Below, piece by piece: positions 20,122 to 28,705 of a stretch of 64,000 nt of DNA. Source of the stretch: an uncultured Candidatus Saccharibacteria bacterium (GTDB lineage: Bacteria; Patescibacteriota; Dojkabacteria; J137). Where the stretch lies: NCBI GenBank assembly GCA_964561155.1, contig CAZLOI010000003.1:16832-80831 (forward strand). Direction: 5' to 3'. The notes below the pieces were generated by a model. That model worked only from the letters and a program-made list of their open reading frames with translations, had not been told where the DNA came from and ran no database searches. Within the stretch, counting starts at the first letter, position 1; the number at the start of each line of letters is the position of its first letter. A program made the translations under genes and the position numbers.

Positions 20122-21234
20122 ATGACAACCAATTCACGATCTCTAGTCTCAGCACTAACAATATTATTCGTTCTAGCATCACCTCTACTTGGATTTTCAG
20201 AAGTATCTGCAGCTGCGTTAACAAACATGGCAATTGCTGGTACTGGTATTACAGCATCATCTTCTGCAGTAAGTGCAGCAATTACACCAACTATTTCATT
20301 TCAACTTCAAACAGCAGTAGCATCAACTGATACTATAAGAATACTATTCACAGGTAACGGCTCAAATAACGGAGTCACTGTATCTGGTGCAGGACTTGCA
20401 TCAGCAGATATAACAGTTTCAGGGGCATGCTCGGGAACAGTCACACTTGCTGGTACTCCAATAGCTACATCAACCGATAACCCAACATTGTCATTAACAG
20501 GCATTACAGGAACAACAGGTAGTGTTTGCAATGTAATAATTGCTGCATCTGAGCTATCTACAGACTCTGCTGCTGGAAATGTTTCTGTAGCAGTTGCAAC
20601 AAGCGTTGGAGACTTTGGAGCATTCATGTACTACATTGGAGATGCAAACGATGTTTCTGTAACAGCAATTGTTCCACCAACACTTTCATTCGTATTAAGA
20701 AATGCAGCAGATACTGCTGATTTATCACCTGGAGCTACTACTGGAAACAGAGTATGCAGCCTTGGAATCTTACAACTAGCAACAACTCCTGTACCTAGTA
20801 CTGGTGTTAATGGTTGCCAATACCGAATAAGAATTGCTACAAACGCTACTTCTGGATACGCAGTTAACTATCTATCAGATTCTGCAGATACCTCCGGCGG
20901 AGGCTTCGAAAGACTTGCTAAGAGTACAACTGTAAATATCCCAAATGTTTCAAATGATCCATTAACATCTAACAATGGTTATGGAGCTAGACTAACTCAA
21001 GTTTCAGCTGGACACACTAGAGGCGCTACTTTCACAGGTACTGCTGCTAACTATTTCCCAATAACCGCTAGTACTTCTACCGCAATGTATTCAAGTTCAG
21101 GACCACTAGCTCCTGGTGCTGCTCCAGATACAACTAACACCTCTCTAATTGAGCATGGTGCAAGAATAGCAGCCTCTCAAGAAGTAGGTAACTATGCTCA
21201 CGTTGTTACTTACACAGTCACAGCAACTTTCTAG
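20122..21234 (+). CDS. Secreted Thr/Ser/Ala/Gly-rich surface protein, paralog 1 of 3
   Basis: Signal peptide ...GFSEVSAA/ALT; conserved blocks DSAAGNVS, YYIGDANDVSVTAIVPPTLSFV, NRVCSLGILQLATTP, C-terminus EVGNYAHVVTYTVTATF. Confidence 0.6.
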   Translation: MTTNSRSLVSALTILFVLASPLLGFSEVSAAALTNMAIAGTGITASSSAVSAAITPTISFQLQTAVASTDTIRILFTGNGSNNGVTVSGAGLASADITVSGACSGTVTLAGTPIATSTDNPTLSLTGITGTTGSVCNVIIAASELSTDSAAGNVSVAVATSVGDFGAFMYYIGDANDVSVTAIVPPTLSFVLRNAADTADLSPGATTGNRVCSLGILQLATTPVPSTGVNGCQYRIRIATNATSGYAVNYLSDSADTSGGGFERLAKSTTVNIPNVSNDPLTSNNGYGARLTQVSAGHTRGATFTGTAANYFPITASTSTAMYSSSGPLAPGAAPDTTNTSLIEHGARIAASQEVGNYAHVVTYTVTATF

Positions 21235-21343
21235 TATAAGTATCAATTGATCATCAATTTATTACTAGAAAGACTAGCAAAGTAGTAGTATTAAAATAGA
21301 AAAAGAGTAAACTAAAATTGATATAAAACAACTTATAAAAAAC

Positions 21344-22468
21344 ATGAAAAACTATCAAGGAAAGGCAATTAATACATTAGTAATAGCATTCACATTGCTT
21401 AGTCCATTTACTGGATTCTTTAATGTATCTGCTGCTGCCCTAACTGCAATGAGTATATCTGGAACTGGTATTACAACTAACTCGTCTGCTGTAAGTGCTG
21501 CAATTACTCCAACATTCAACTTCACATTGGCAACAGCTGTTGGACCAACAGAAACAATTCAGATTACTTTCGTTGGTAACGGATCAAATAATGGAATAAC
21601 AGTTTCAGATGTTACAGGTCTTGCCTCAGCAGATATAACAGCAGGCGGAGTATGTTCTGGTTCAGTTACACTAGCTGGATCACCAATAGCTCAAAATACA
21701 GATAATCCAACTCTTTCTATAACTGGAGTTACTTGTACTACAGGTGCTGCAACATTAGCTATAGCAGCTTCCCAAGTATCTACAGATAGTGCTGCTGGTA
21801 ATGTTTCAATAGCAATTCTTGTAACAAGTGCCACTGGTGACTACGGTACATTTCTTTACTACATTGGAGATTCAAACGATGTTTCTGTAACAGCTATTGT
21901 TCCTCCAACTCTATCTTTTGTTATTCGAAATGGTGCAGATACATCTGATCTTTCACCAGGTGCAACAACAGGAAACAGAGTATGTAGTTTGGGTATCTTA
22001 CAATTAGCAACAACACCAACCCCATCCTCAGGTATAAACGGTTGTCAGTATAGATTTAGAATTGCTACTAACGCTACCTCAGGTTACGCTGTTTCATATC
22101 TCTCAAACTCTGCAGATACTGGTGGAGGTGCTTACGATAGACTTGCAAAGAATACAACTGTAAGTATTGCTAATGTCGCTGGTGGAGGAGATCCCTTATC
22201 TTCAAACGCAGGTTACGGAGTAAGATTGACTCAAGTTTCAGCAGGTCATGCAAGAGGTGCAACATTTACAGGTACAGCATCAAACTACTTCATAATTACA
22301 GCTAACACTGCAACTGCAATGTATAATAGTACTGGACCATTGGCTCCAGCTACTGCACCAGACACTACAAATACTTCTCTTATTGAACACGGTACTAGAA
22401 TAACCGCAGCTCAAGAAGTAGGTAACTATTCACACATAGTGACCTATACGGTAACAGCAACCTTCTAA
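21344..22468 (+). CDS. Secreted Thr/Ser/Ala/Gly-rich surface protein, paralog 2 of 3
   Basis: Same architecture and conserved blocks as paralog 1; C-terminus EVGNYSHIVTYTVTATF. Confidence 0.6.
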   Translation: MKNYQGKAINTLVIAFTLLSPFTGFFNVSAAALTAMSISGTGITTNSSAVSAAITPTFNFTLATAVGPTETIQITFVGNGSNNGITVSDVTGLASADITAGGVCSGSVTLAGSPIAQNTDNPTLSITGVTCTTGAATLAIAASQVSTDSAAGNVSIAILVTSATGDYGTFLYYIGDSNDVSVTAIVPPTLSFVIRNGADTSDLSPGATTGNRVCSLGILQLATTPTPSSGINGCQYRFRIATNATSGYAVSYLSNSADTGGGAYDRLAKNTTVSIANVAGGGDPLSSNAGYGVRLTQVSAGHARGATFTGTASNYFIITANTATAMYNSTGPLAPATAPDTTNTSLIEHGTRITAAQEVGNYSHIVTYTVTATF

Positions 22469-22478
22469 ATTCATGCTA

Positions 22479-22514
22479 CTTGACACCGACATTTAGAAAT
22501 GATTGAATGTTAAG
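22479..22514 (+). promoter_or_regulatory. Conserved upstream element (copy B), about 57 nt upstream of paralog 3
   Basis: CTTGACACCGACATTTAGAAATGATTGAATGTTAAG. Confidence 0.35.
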
Positions 22515-22570
22515 TAAGCCGATTTGGAAAATACTATTTACCTATTCCGAAATCTGATACACTAAAATAT

Positions 22571-23671
22571 ATGAAAAAATCAGTTGCACTCTTTACTATA
22601 GTTACGCTCTTCTTAACTCCATTTGCAGGATTCTTTAATGTCTCTGCTGCTGGAATTACATCAATGAGTATCACAGGAACTAATATTACATCTAACTCAT
22701 CTGCAGTCAGTACTGCAATTACACCTACTATAAACTTTACCTTAGCAACAGCTGTTGGACCAACTGAACCAATTCAACTTACATTTGCAGGTAACGGATC
22801 AAACAATGGAATTACAGTCTCAGATGCTGCAGGTCTTGCTTCAGCAGATATTACAGCTGGTGGTGTATGTTCAGGAACAGTCACACTAGCAGGTACTCCA
22901 ATTGCACAAAATACAGATAACCCAACACTTTCACTGACTGGAATAACATGTACAACAGGAGCAGCTACAATAACAATTGCAGTTTCAAATGTTTCAACAG
23001 ATTCTGCAGCTGGAAACCTTTCTGTAGGAATTACTACTGGATCTGGAGACTTCGGATCATTTCTCTACTACATTGGAGATGCTAACGATGTTTCAGTTAC
23101 AGCAATCGTTCCACCTACACTATCATTCGTTTTAAGAAACTCAGCAGATACAGCAGATCTAACACCAGGTACAACTGCAGGTGTTAGAGTTTGTAGTCTT
23201 GGTATCTTACAATTAGCTACAACTCCTGACCCAGGTACTGGTGTTAACGGTTGTATGTATAGATTAAGAATCGCAACAAACGCTACTTCTGGCTATGCAG
23301 TAAGCTATCTATCTGACTCTGCAGACACTCAAGCTGGTGGTTTTGAAAGACTTGCTAAAGATACAGATACAAATATCCCAAATGTTTCTAATGACCCACT
23401 AACAGCAACTAATGGTTATGGTGCTAGATTAACTCAAGTCTCAGCTGGACACACTAGAGGTGCTACCTTCACTGGTACTGCAGCTAACTATTTCCCAATA
23501 ACTGCTAGTACTGCTACAGCAATGTACAATAGCTCAGGTCCATTAGCTCCTGGAAACCCTCCAGACACTACAAATACATCACTTGTAGAACACGGAGCAA
23601 GGATTTCTGCGTCGCAGGAAGTAGGTAACTATGCTCATGTTGTTACATATACTGTAACTGCTACATTCTAA
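22571..23671 (+). CDS. Secreted Thr/Ser/Ala/Gly-rich surface protein, paralog 3 of 3 (mosaic of 2 and 1)
   Basis: N-terminal half matches paralog 2 (FNFTLATAVGPTE, ITAGGVCSG, PIAQNTDNPTLS, TCTTGAAT); C-terminal half matches paralog 1 (GGFERLAK, NIPNVSNDPLT, GYGARLTQVSAGHTRGATFTGTAANYFPITAST). Confidence 0.6.
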   Translation: MKKSVALFTIVTLFLTPFAGFFNVSAAGITSMSITGTNITSNSSAVSTAITPTINFTLATAVGPTEPIQLTFAGNGSNNGITVSDAAGLASADITAGGVCSGTVTLAGTPIAQNTDNPTLSLTGITCTTGAATITIAVSNVSTDSAAGNLSVGITTGSGDFGSFLYYIGDANDVSVTAIVPPTLSFVLRNSADTADLTPGTTAGVRVCSLGILQLATTPDPGTGVNGCMYRLRIATNATSGYAVSYLSDSADTQAGGFERLAKDTDTNIPNVSNDPLTATNGYGARLTQVSAGHTRGATFTGTAANYFPITASTATAMYNSSGPLAPGNPPDTTNTSLVEHGARISASQEVGNYAHVVTYTVTATF

Positions 23672-23765
23672 TATGGAGAATAAATACTAATCGCCTTGCT
23701 CATTCGCAATTAATTTTGTAAACTTATGAGCACAATATACTCTCTTATTTAGAAGCAGTTAAAAT

Positions 23766-24872
23766 ATGAAGTCTTTAAATATAGGTTTGTTGGTTCTCGT
23801 ACTAACTTCAACCGTTTCCCCATTTATCCAATTAGTATCAGCTCAAGAAGGTGTTTATGGTCCAATTATCAATGCAACTACATTTGAGTATGTTGTAGAG
23901 AAAGGTTCGACTATTACCGATTCATTTGAAGTACGGCATGACTATCAGGATGCAAATTTTATTGCAACTTTCTACCCAACAGCTGTAGATTTCACTGCAG
24001 ATGGAGAAAGTGGAACACCTGTATTCCTAGACAAGACAAGATCTAAGGGTAAATCATCATTAGAAGACTGGATTACACCAATAACAAGATCTATTACAAT
24101 ATCTGAACTTGGAGATACAGCACTTGTTGAATTTGAAATTACCGTCCCAATCGATGCAGAACCTGGATCATATACAGCAGGTCTTTTGCTTTCAGACTCA
24201 GAGTTTGACCCTCAAGCAGGACCAAACCAAGTAGCATTGGAATCAAGATTAGGTCCGTTAATCTTTGTAACAGTACCTGGAAACATTCAATCAAATCTAG
24301 AAGTTCTTAGCTTTGAAGCTGTAGATATATATGGAAATGCTCCTTTCTTAGGAATTTTTGAATACCACCCTATCGATTTCAAGCTTACACTAAAGAATGG
24401 TGGTAACGTATACATGACACCAGGAGGAACAATCTCTGTTCACCAAGGTGATCTTGCAAAGTCATCTTTTGTTATTCCAAATCTAAATGAAGACAAAGGT
24501 TCTATTTTAGCTGGTACAACTAGATCATATTTGAATCAATGGAATGATTCTGCATTTAGAATGAAATCTGAAATAGATACCAGCACAGGTCAAACAAACT
24601 ATAGCTTCGATTTCCACCCTGAATCATTAAACAAGATACGAGTTGGTAGATATACAGCTACTCTGCAACTATTCTATCGAGACAAAGCTACTGGTGAGAA
24701 TATTAGAATGGATTATGATATTCATTTCTGGATTATTCCTTGGAAAGCAATCCTATTAATCATTGCCCTAATCGTAGGATACTTCTTAATCAAGAAAGCA
24801 ATTAGGAACAGAAGAAACTCTCTTAAGAAATCTAAGAACGGACAGAGAATGATTGGTCAACGTGTTGTCTAA
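23766..24872 (+). CDS. DUF916-like cell-surface protein with C-terminal TM anchor and basic tail
   Basis: Signal peptide, about 300-aa beta-rich ectodomain, TM WKAILLIIALIVGYFLI, then KKAIRNRRNSLKKSK. Confidence 0.45.
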   Translation: MKSLNIGLLVLVLTSTVSPFIQLVSAQEGVYGPIINATTFEYVVEKGSTITDSFEVRHDYQDANFIATFYPTAVDFTADGESGTPVFLDKTRSKGKSSLEDWITPITRSITISELGDTALVEFEITVPIDAEPGSYTAGLLLSDSEFDPQAGPNQVALESRLGPLIFVTVPGNIQSNLEVLSFEAVDIYGNAPFLGIFEYHPIDFKLTLKNGGNVYMTPGGTISVHQGDLAKSSFVIPNLNEDKGSILAGTTRSYLNQWNDSAFRMKSEIDTSTGQTNYSFDFHPESLNKIRVGRYTATLQLFYRDKATGENIRMDYDIHFWIIPWKAILLIIALIVGYFLIKKAIRNRRNSLKKSKNGQRMIGQRVV

Positions 24873-24929
24873 TTCTTCGTAATATTTAGATCTTGCTCTT
24901 TGTACTACTAACTATTAAACTAGGTTAGT

Positions 24930-26495
24930 ATGAAGAGCAATTTCTATAAATTTAAAATCACATTCGCAATTATTTTCGGTACCCTACTTTCTATATCCCC
25001 ATTCAATCCAGTTAGATTAACAAATCCTAAAGATACGCTTGAGGTTTGTGCTCAGGATATTGGCTGGGAGGACTTAGGAACTGGTGTAAGTTGTGTTCCA
25101 AACTATTCAAGCTGTGGTTCAGGATTTAACATACTTGAAAGTGCTCTAGGAGCTAGATATGTAAATGGAATATCTCAATCACAACTTATTTCAAGTCTAG
25201 AAGCTAGTTATGGCACTGATATCAATCGAATTTGTACAACAGAGAACTTTTCTGACATAACTATACGTTGGATGACTGGGGGTGAATACAATGCTGCTCA
25301 GACGCAGAATATACCTAGCGTTGGTGATACACTTTCTGGTAAAGCAATACCTAGATTTTGTCCTGCAGGCTGGCAGGCACAGATTGGAACACAAAGATTC
25401 AACTTTGCTACTGGATACCCTAGTGGATGTTGTCCAACAGGATTTAAATTTGTAAACGTTGCAGAGCAACAAGACCCCAGTGCTTCACAAAATGGAGTTT
25501 GTTGTCGACTTCCTACTGTTTCAGGAGTAGGTACGCCTCACAAATATGCAACATCTGAATTTGGAGGTACGCTTGAAATTGCAGGCTGTTACGACGAAAA
25601 TGAAAACTTGATCTATGCAGTAGATGATGCTGAAAGCCAATCACCTTCCAGAGACTACAGTACTCTTGCTGATGCTATAGAAGCTGCTGAAGAAGGAAAT
25701 ATTATTGTTGGAATTAAGCAGACTGCAGGAGGGTACAACCCAAGTGTTAGTTTTGCAGAATCAAGTGGAAATAGCACAACAGTAGTTAAGCCACAACTTG
25801 GATTAGGCTTTGGGTTGGCATTCCCTGGGAATATAAACACTATTGCAGAAAGCAAACTTAGTAAAGAAAGATGTAGAAATAATGTTGGTTGTTTTATCTC
25901 GTCTGCAGGCATAGTGTCACCTAGAAATATAGTTGGCAGCGATGGTGTTAATGTTTTTGATAATCCTAGTAATAGCTCACTGACTTGTGAGAGATGCTTC
26001 AGTCCTGGAGAACCAGTAGAAGTTGATACTACAACGAACCTTCTAAGTATTTGTGATCCAACAGCACCGAATGCAATTCGAGAACAACCACTATGTAACT
26101 CCTCAGTTATAGACACCATAGCTTGTCTTGGTGGATCCAATTCTACTAGTCAAAATGCTAACTCCGATGGAGTCGGTAGTACAAACTACGATCTTTGTTG
26201 TGCTTGTAGAGTACAAGGAGGCGTGTGGACTGGAATAGGTTGTACCGATACAACTCCTGCAGGCTTAATTACAGGCCTGATCCGAATCGTCTACGGAGTC
26301 ATGGGTGGTGTTGCTTTAATCATGCTAATCTATGCAGGTATTATGTACCAAACAGGAAATGAAGCTAACGTAAAGCAAGCTAGAGAGAGTATTATAAGAA
26401 CTATCACGGGATTAATCGTACTAACATTTAGTATCTTGATATTAAGGATCATTGGAATCAATGTTCTAGATATATTACCTTCTGGGAGTATTTAA
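24930..26495 (+). CDS. Cys-rich secreted protein (about 30 Cys) with C-terminal two-helix membrane hairpin resembling VirB2/TrbC pilin topology
   Basis: N-terminal signal/TM; CC, CxxC and CxC clusters (GCCPTGFKF, GVCCRLP, LCCACRV) with no CxxCH; C-terminus LIRIVYGVMGGVALIMLIYAGIMY-QTGNEANVKQARESIIR-TITGLIVLTFSILIL. Confidence 0.5.
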   Translation: MKSNFYKFKITFAIIFGTLLSISPFNPVRLTNPKDTLEVCAQDIGWEDLGTGVSCVPNYSSCGSGFNILESALGARYVNGISQSQLISSLEASYGTDINRICTTENFSDITIRWMTGGEYNAAQTQNIPSVGDTLSGKAIPRFCPAGWQAQIGTQRFNFATGYPSGCCPTGFKFVNVAEQQDPSASQNGVCCRLPTVSGVGTPHKYATSEFGGTLEIAGCYDENENLIYAVDDAESQSPSRDYSTLADAIEAAEEGNIIVGIKQTAGGYNPSVSFAESSGNSTTVVKPQLGLGFGLAFPGNINTIAESKLSKERCRNNVGCFISSAGIVSPRNIVGSDGVNVFDNPSNSSLTCERCFSPGEPVEVDTTTNLLSICDPTAPNAIREQPLCNSSVIDTIACLGGSNSTSQNANSDGVGSTNYDLCCACRVQGGVWTGIGCTDTTPAGLITGLIRIVYGVMGGVALIMLIYAGIMYQTGNEANVKQARESIIRTITGLIVLTFSILILRIIGINVLDILPSGSI

Positions 26496-26496
26496 T

Positions 26497-27750
26497 ATGA
26501 AAAAACTGTTCTTTGTCAGTATTCCGCTTACTGCTGTAATCGTATGGTTTATGGAAGGCTTTCTACTTAGCTACTTTCAGGATTCATCTATTCAATCAAA
26601 TCTTGCAAAGCTAACTGGATTACTAGGTATCGCCTTTATGACGACTAGCTTTGTAACATCTTCAAGACTTGATCTCATTGAGAAACTATTTGGAGGATTA
26701 GATATAGCATACAAATACCACAAACTTGCAGGCAAGATTGCATATGTATTCATATTCATGCATCCAGTGCTTCTTGTTTTAAGAAGAGCTGTGAGTGTAG
26801 ATTCCATAAAGACATTCTTCGTAGCTGGAACAACACAAAGTACAACACTTAATACTGGTATCGTTGCATTCTACGTACTATCACTTTTAATACTGTTCAC
26901 ATTGGTTCTTAAACTACCATATCAATTCTGGAAGAAGACACATAGATTCATGATTGTAGTATTCCTACTCTCTTCTTGGCATATAATCGTTGCGGGAAAC
27001 GATATATCTAAAGTATACGGAGGTATATTACTTGTAGTTGGAGTATTTGCTTTTATCTACAGAGACTACATATATGGTCACTTTGTAAAAAAAAAACTCT
27101 ATCAGGTAGTTGATATTAAAAAGCTTTCTATTTCTACTACCGAAATCTTCCTTAAACCAGTAGGAAAAAGACTTGAATTCAAACCAGGACAATTCGTATT
27201 CATGAAGTTCATGAATTCAAAAACTATTCCTAGTGAAGCTCATCCATTCTCAATGGCTTCAGACAACTCCAAGGATATAATAAGGTTTTCGATTAAGGAA
27301 CTAGGTAACTACTCAGAGATTCTAGATTCAGCAAAGCCTGGCGATATGGTCAAACTAGTAGGACCACACGGTAAGTTCACCCTAGATACATCGATCAAGA
27401 AACAACTATGGATATCAGGAGGTATAGGTACTACTCCATTTCTTTCAATGCTACACGATGCAGAAGATACAGATATTGTCTTCATTCATTCTAATAGGGA
27501 AGAATCAGATGCTGTATATATTAGAGAGATCAGTGGTCTTCTAAATTCGAATTCAAAACTAATTACACATATGTCTGATATCGAAGGATTCATAGATGCA
27601 GAATACTTTAAGAAACATGTACCAGATTACCTAGAACGAACCATATACATATGTGGACCATTTGTAATGATGCATTCCCTAAGCAAAATACTACAAGGGC
27701 TAGGAGTACCAAAGGAGAACATTAGGTTTGAGGATTTCAACTTTAAGTGA
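26497..27750 (+). CDS. NOX/ferric-reductase-like transmembrane flavocytochrome (FRD heme domain + FAD + NAD(P)H binding)
   Basis: His pairs HKLAG...FMH (H-x13-H) and HRF...SSWH (H-x12-H) in TM helices, HPFS FAD motif, GGIGTTPF NAD(P)H motif; ATG 1 nt after the upstream TAA. Confidence 0.75.
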   Translation: MKKLFFVSIPLTAVIVWFMEGFLLSYFQDSSIQSNLAKLTGLLGIAFMTTSFVTSSRLDLIEKLFGGLDIAYKYHKLAGKIAYVFIFMHPVLLVLRRAVSVDSIKTFFVAGTTQSTTLNTGIVAFYVLSLLILFTLVLKLPYQFWKKTHRFMIVVFLLSSWHIIVAGNDISKVYGGILLVVGVFAFIYRDYIYGHFVKKKLYQVVDIKKLSISTTEIFLKPVGKRLEFKPGQFVFMKFMNSKTIPSEAHPFSMASDNSKDIIRFSIKELGNYSEILDSAKPGDMVKLVGPHGKFTLDTSIKKQLWISGGIGTTPFLSMLHDAEDTDIVFIHSNREESDAVYIREISGLLNSNSKLITHMSDIEGFIDAEYFKKHVPDYLERTIYICGPFVMMHSLSKILQGLGVPKENIRFEDFNFK

Positions 27751-27751
27751 T

Positions 27752-28699
27752 CTAAACAGCAACCATTATCTGACTGATAATCATTGCGACATATACTGTT
27801 ACTAACAGTATACCCTCTGTCCTATTCAAGCTTCTTTCAGAAAGCATAAAGAATATAAAGAGAACTAATGCAAAGAATAAGAAGAATATACCAAGTAGGA
27901 GTGCTGTAGTATCGGCTATCAATACTCCGTTTGCTAGCAGCGCTAGGAGCCCTAATATACCAACATTCACACATGCACTACCAAAGAAGTTACCTAGAGC
28001 TAGTTCCTCTTCAGAGCCTTGTTTGGCGGTAAGTAGAATAGTAATCTCTGGTAAGTTGGTACCAATAGATAGAAGCACTAATCCCACAAATGTTCCAGAT
28101 ATTCCTAGAGCTTCAACAATCACTTCTAGATTGTTAACTATCTGGCTTGAAGAAAATAGTAACAAGAATATTCCAACTATCACCAAAACAATTAACCTAT
28201 ATATCGAAGTATTTTCTAGTGTTAAATAGAAAACCTGTCTTCCAAGCTTCCACATCTTCCTATTCAAGAATACCAAGTATGCAAAGTATGAAAGAATTAG
28301 TAACAAACCTTCGAATACACCTAGATATCCATCGAGAAGAGTAAAGACCATAACAAACATAGTAGCTATACCACCAAGGATCTCTAATGCAGAGAAACTA
28401 CTTTGAAACTTAATCAGCTTGTACTTAACCGCAGACAATCCAATAATTAATGCAAGAATAACCGTAGATGCTCCAACAAGGTTTCCTACAGATATTTCTG
28501 GATGATGATCACTTGAGAATACAGCAATACTAATTTCAGGGAGAGATGTAACAATACCAAGCACAACAAATCCTAAGAAGAATTCATTAATCCTAAACAT
28601 TTGTCCAAACTTCACAAAAGAATTCTCGACAAGCTTTGCTGAATAGATAAGAAGAATTAAGAAAAATCCTGAAAGAATAATATTACCTGCAATATTCAT
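27752..28699 (-). CDS. CaCA-family cation (Na+/Ca2+) antiporter
   Basis: Two alpha-repeat motifs GIVTSLPEISIAV and GTNLPEITILLTA in a 10-TM protein. Confidence 0.7.
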   Translation of the reverse strand: MNIAGNIILSGFFLILLIYSAKLVENSFVKFGQMFRINEFFLGFVVLGIVTSLPEISIAVFSSDHHPEISVGNLVGASTVILALIIGLSAVKYKLIKFQSSFSALEILGGIATMFVMVFTLLDGYLGVFEGLLLILSYFAYLVFLNRKMWKLGRQVFYLTLENTSIYRLIVLVIVGIFLLLFSSSQIVNNLEVIVEALGISGTFVGLVLLSIGTNLPEITILLTAKQGSEEELALGNFFGSACVNVGILGLLALLANGVLIADTTALLLGIFFLFFALVLFIFFMLSERSLNRTEGILLVTVYVAMIISQIMVAV

Positions 28700-28705
28700 A
28701 TATTT

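Noticed and set aside
20307-20627. Antisense ORFs inside well-supported genes (20307..20627, 25197..25472, 25655..26140, 4734..5129, 9797..10069, 35691..36446, 49587..49860 and others)
   Set aside because: Each is fully embedded, on the opposite strand or in another frame, within a gene that has clear family motifs. None has recognisable motifs. They are judged to be shadow ORFs.
20122-23671. Repetitive structure at 20-24 kb as a CRISPR array or non-coding tandem repeat
   Set aside because: The repeat units are about 1.1 kb, each a full-length ORF with a signal peptide and conserved protein blocks. There are no short direct repeats with unique spacers. No CRISPR array was seen anywhere in the window.
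24930-26495. Interpreting the VirB2-like hairpin and the PrgI-like N-terminus (52821..53879) as a type IV secretion system
   Set aside because: No VirB4, VirD4, VirB6 or relaxase-like genes are in the window. Two isolated short motif resemblances are insufficient.
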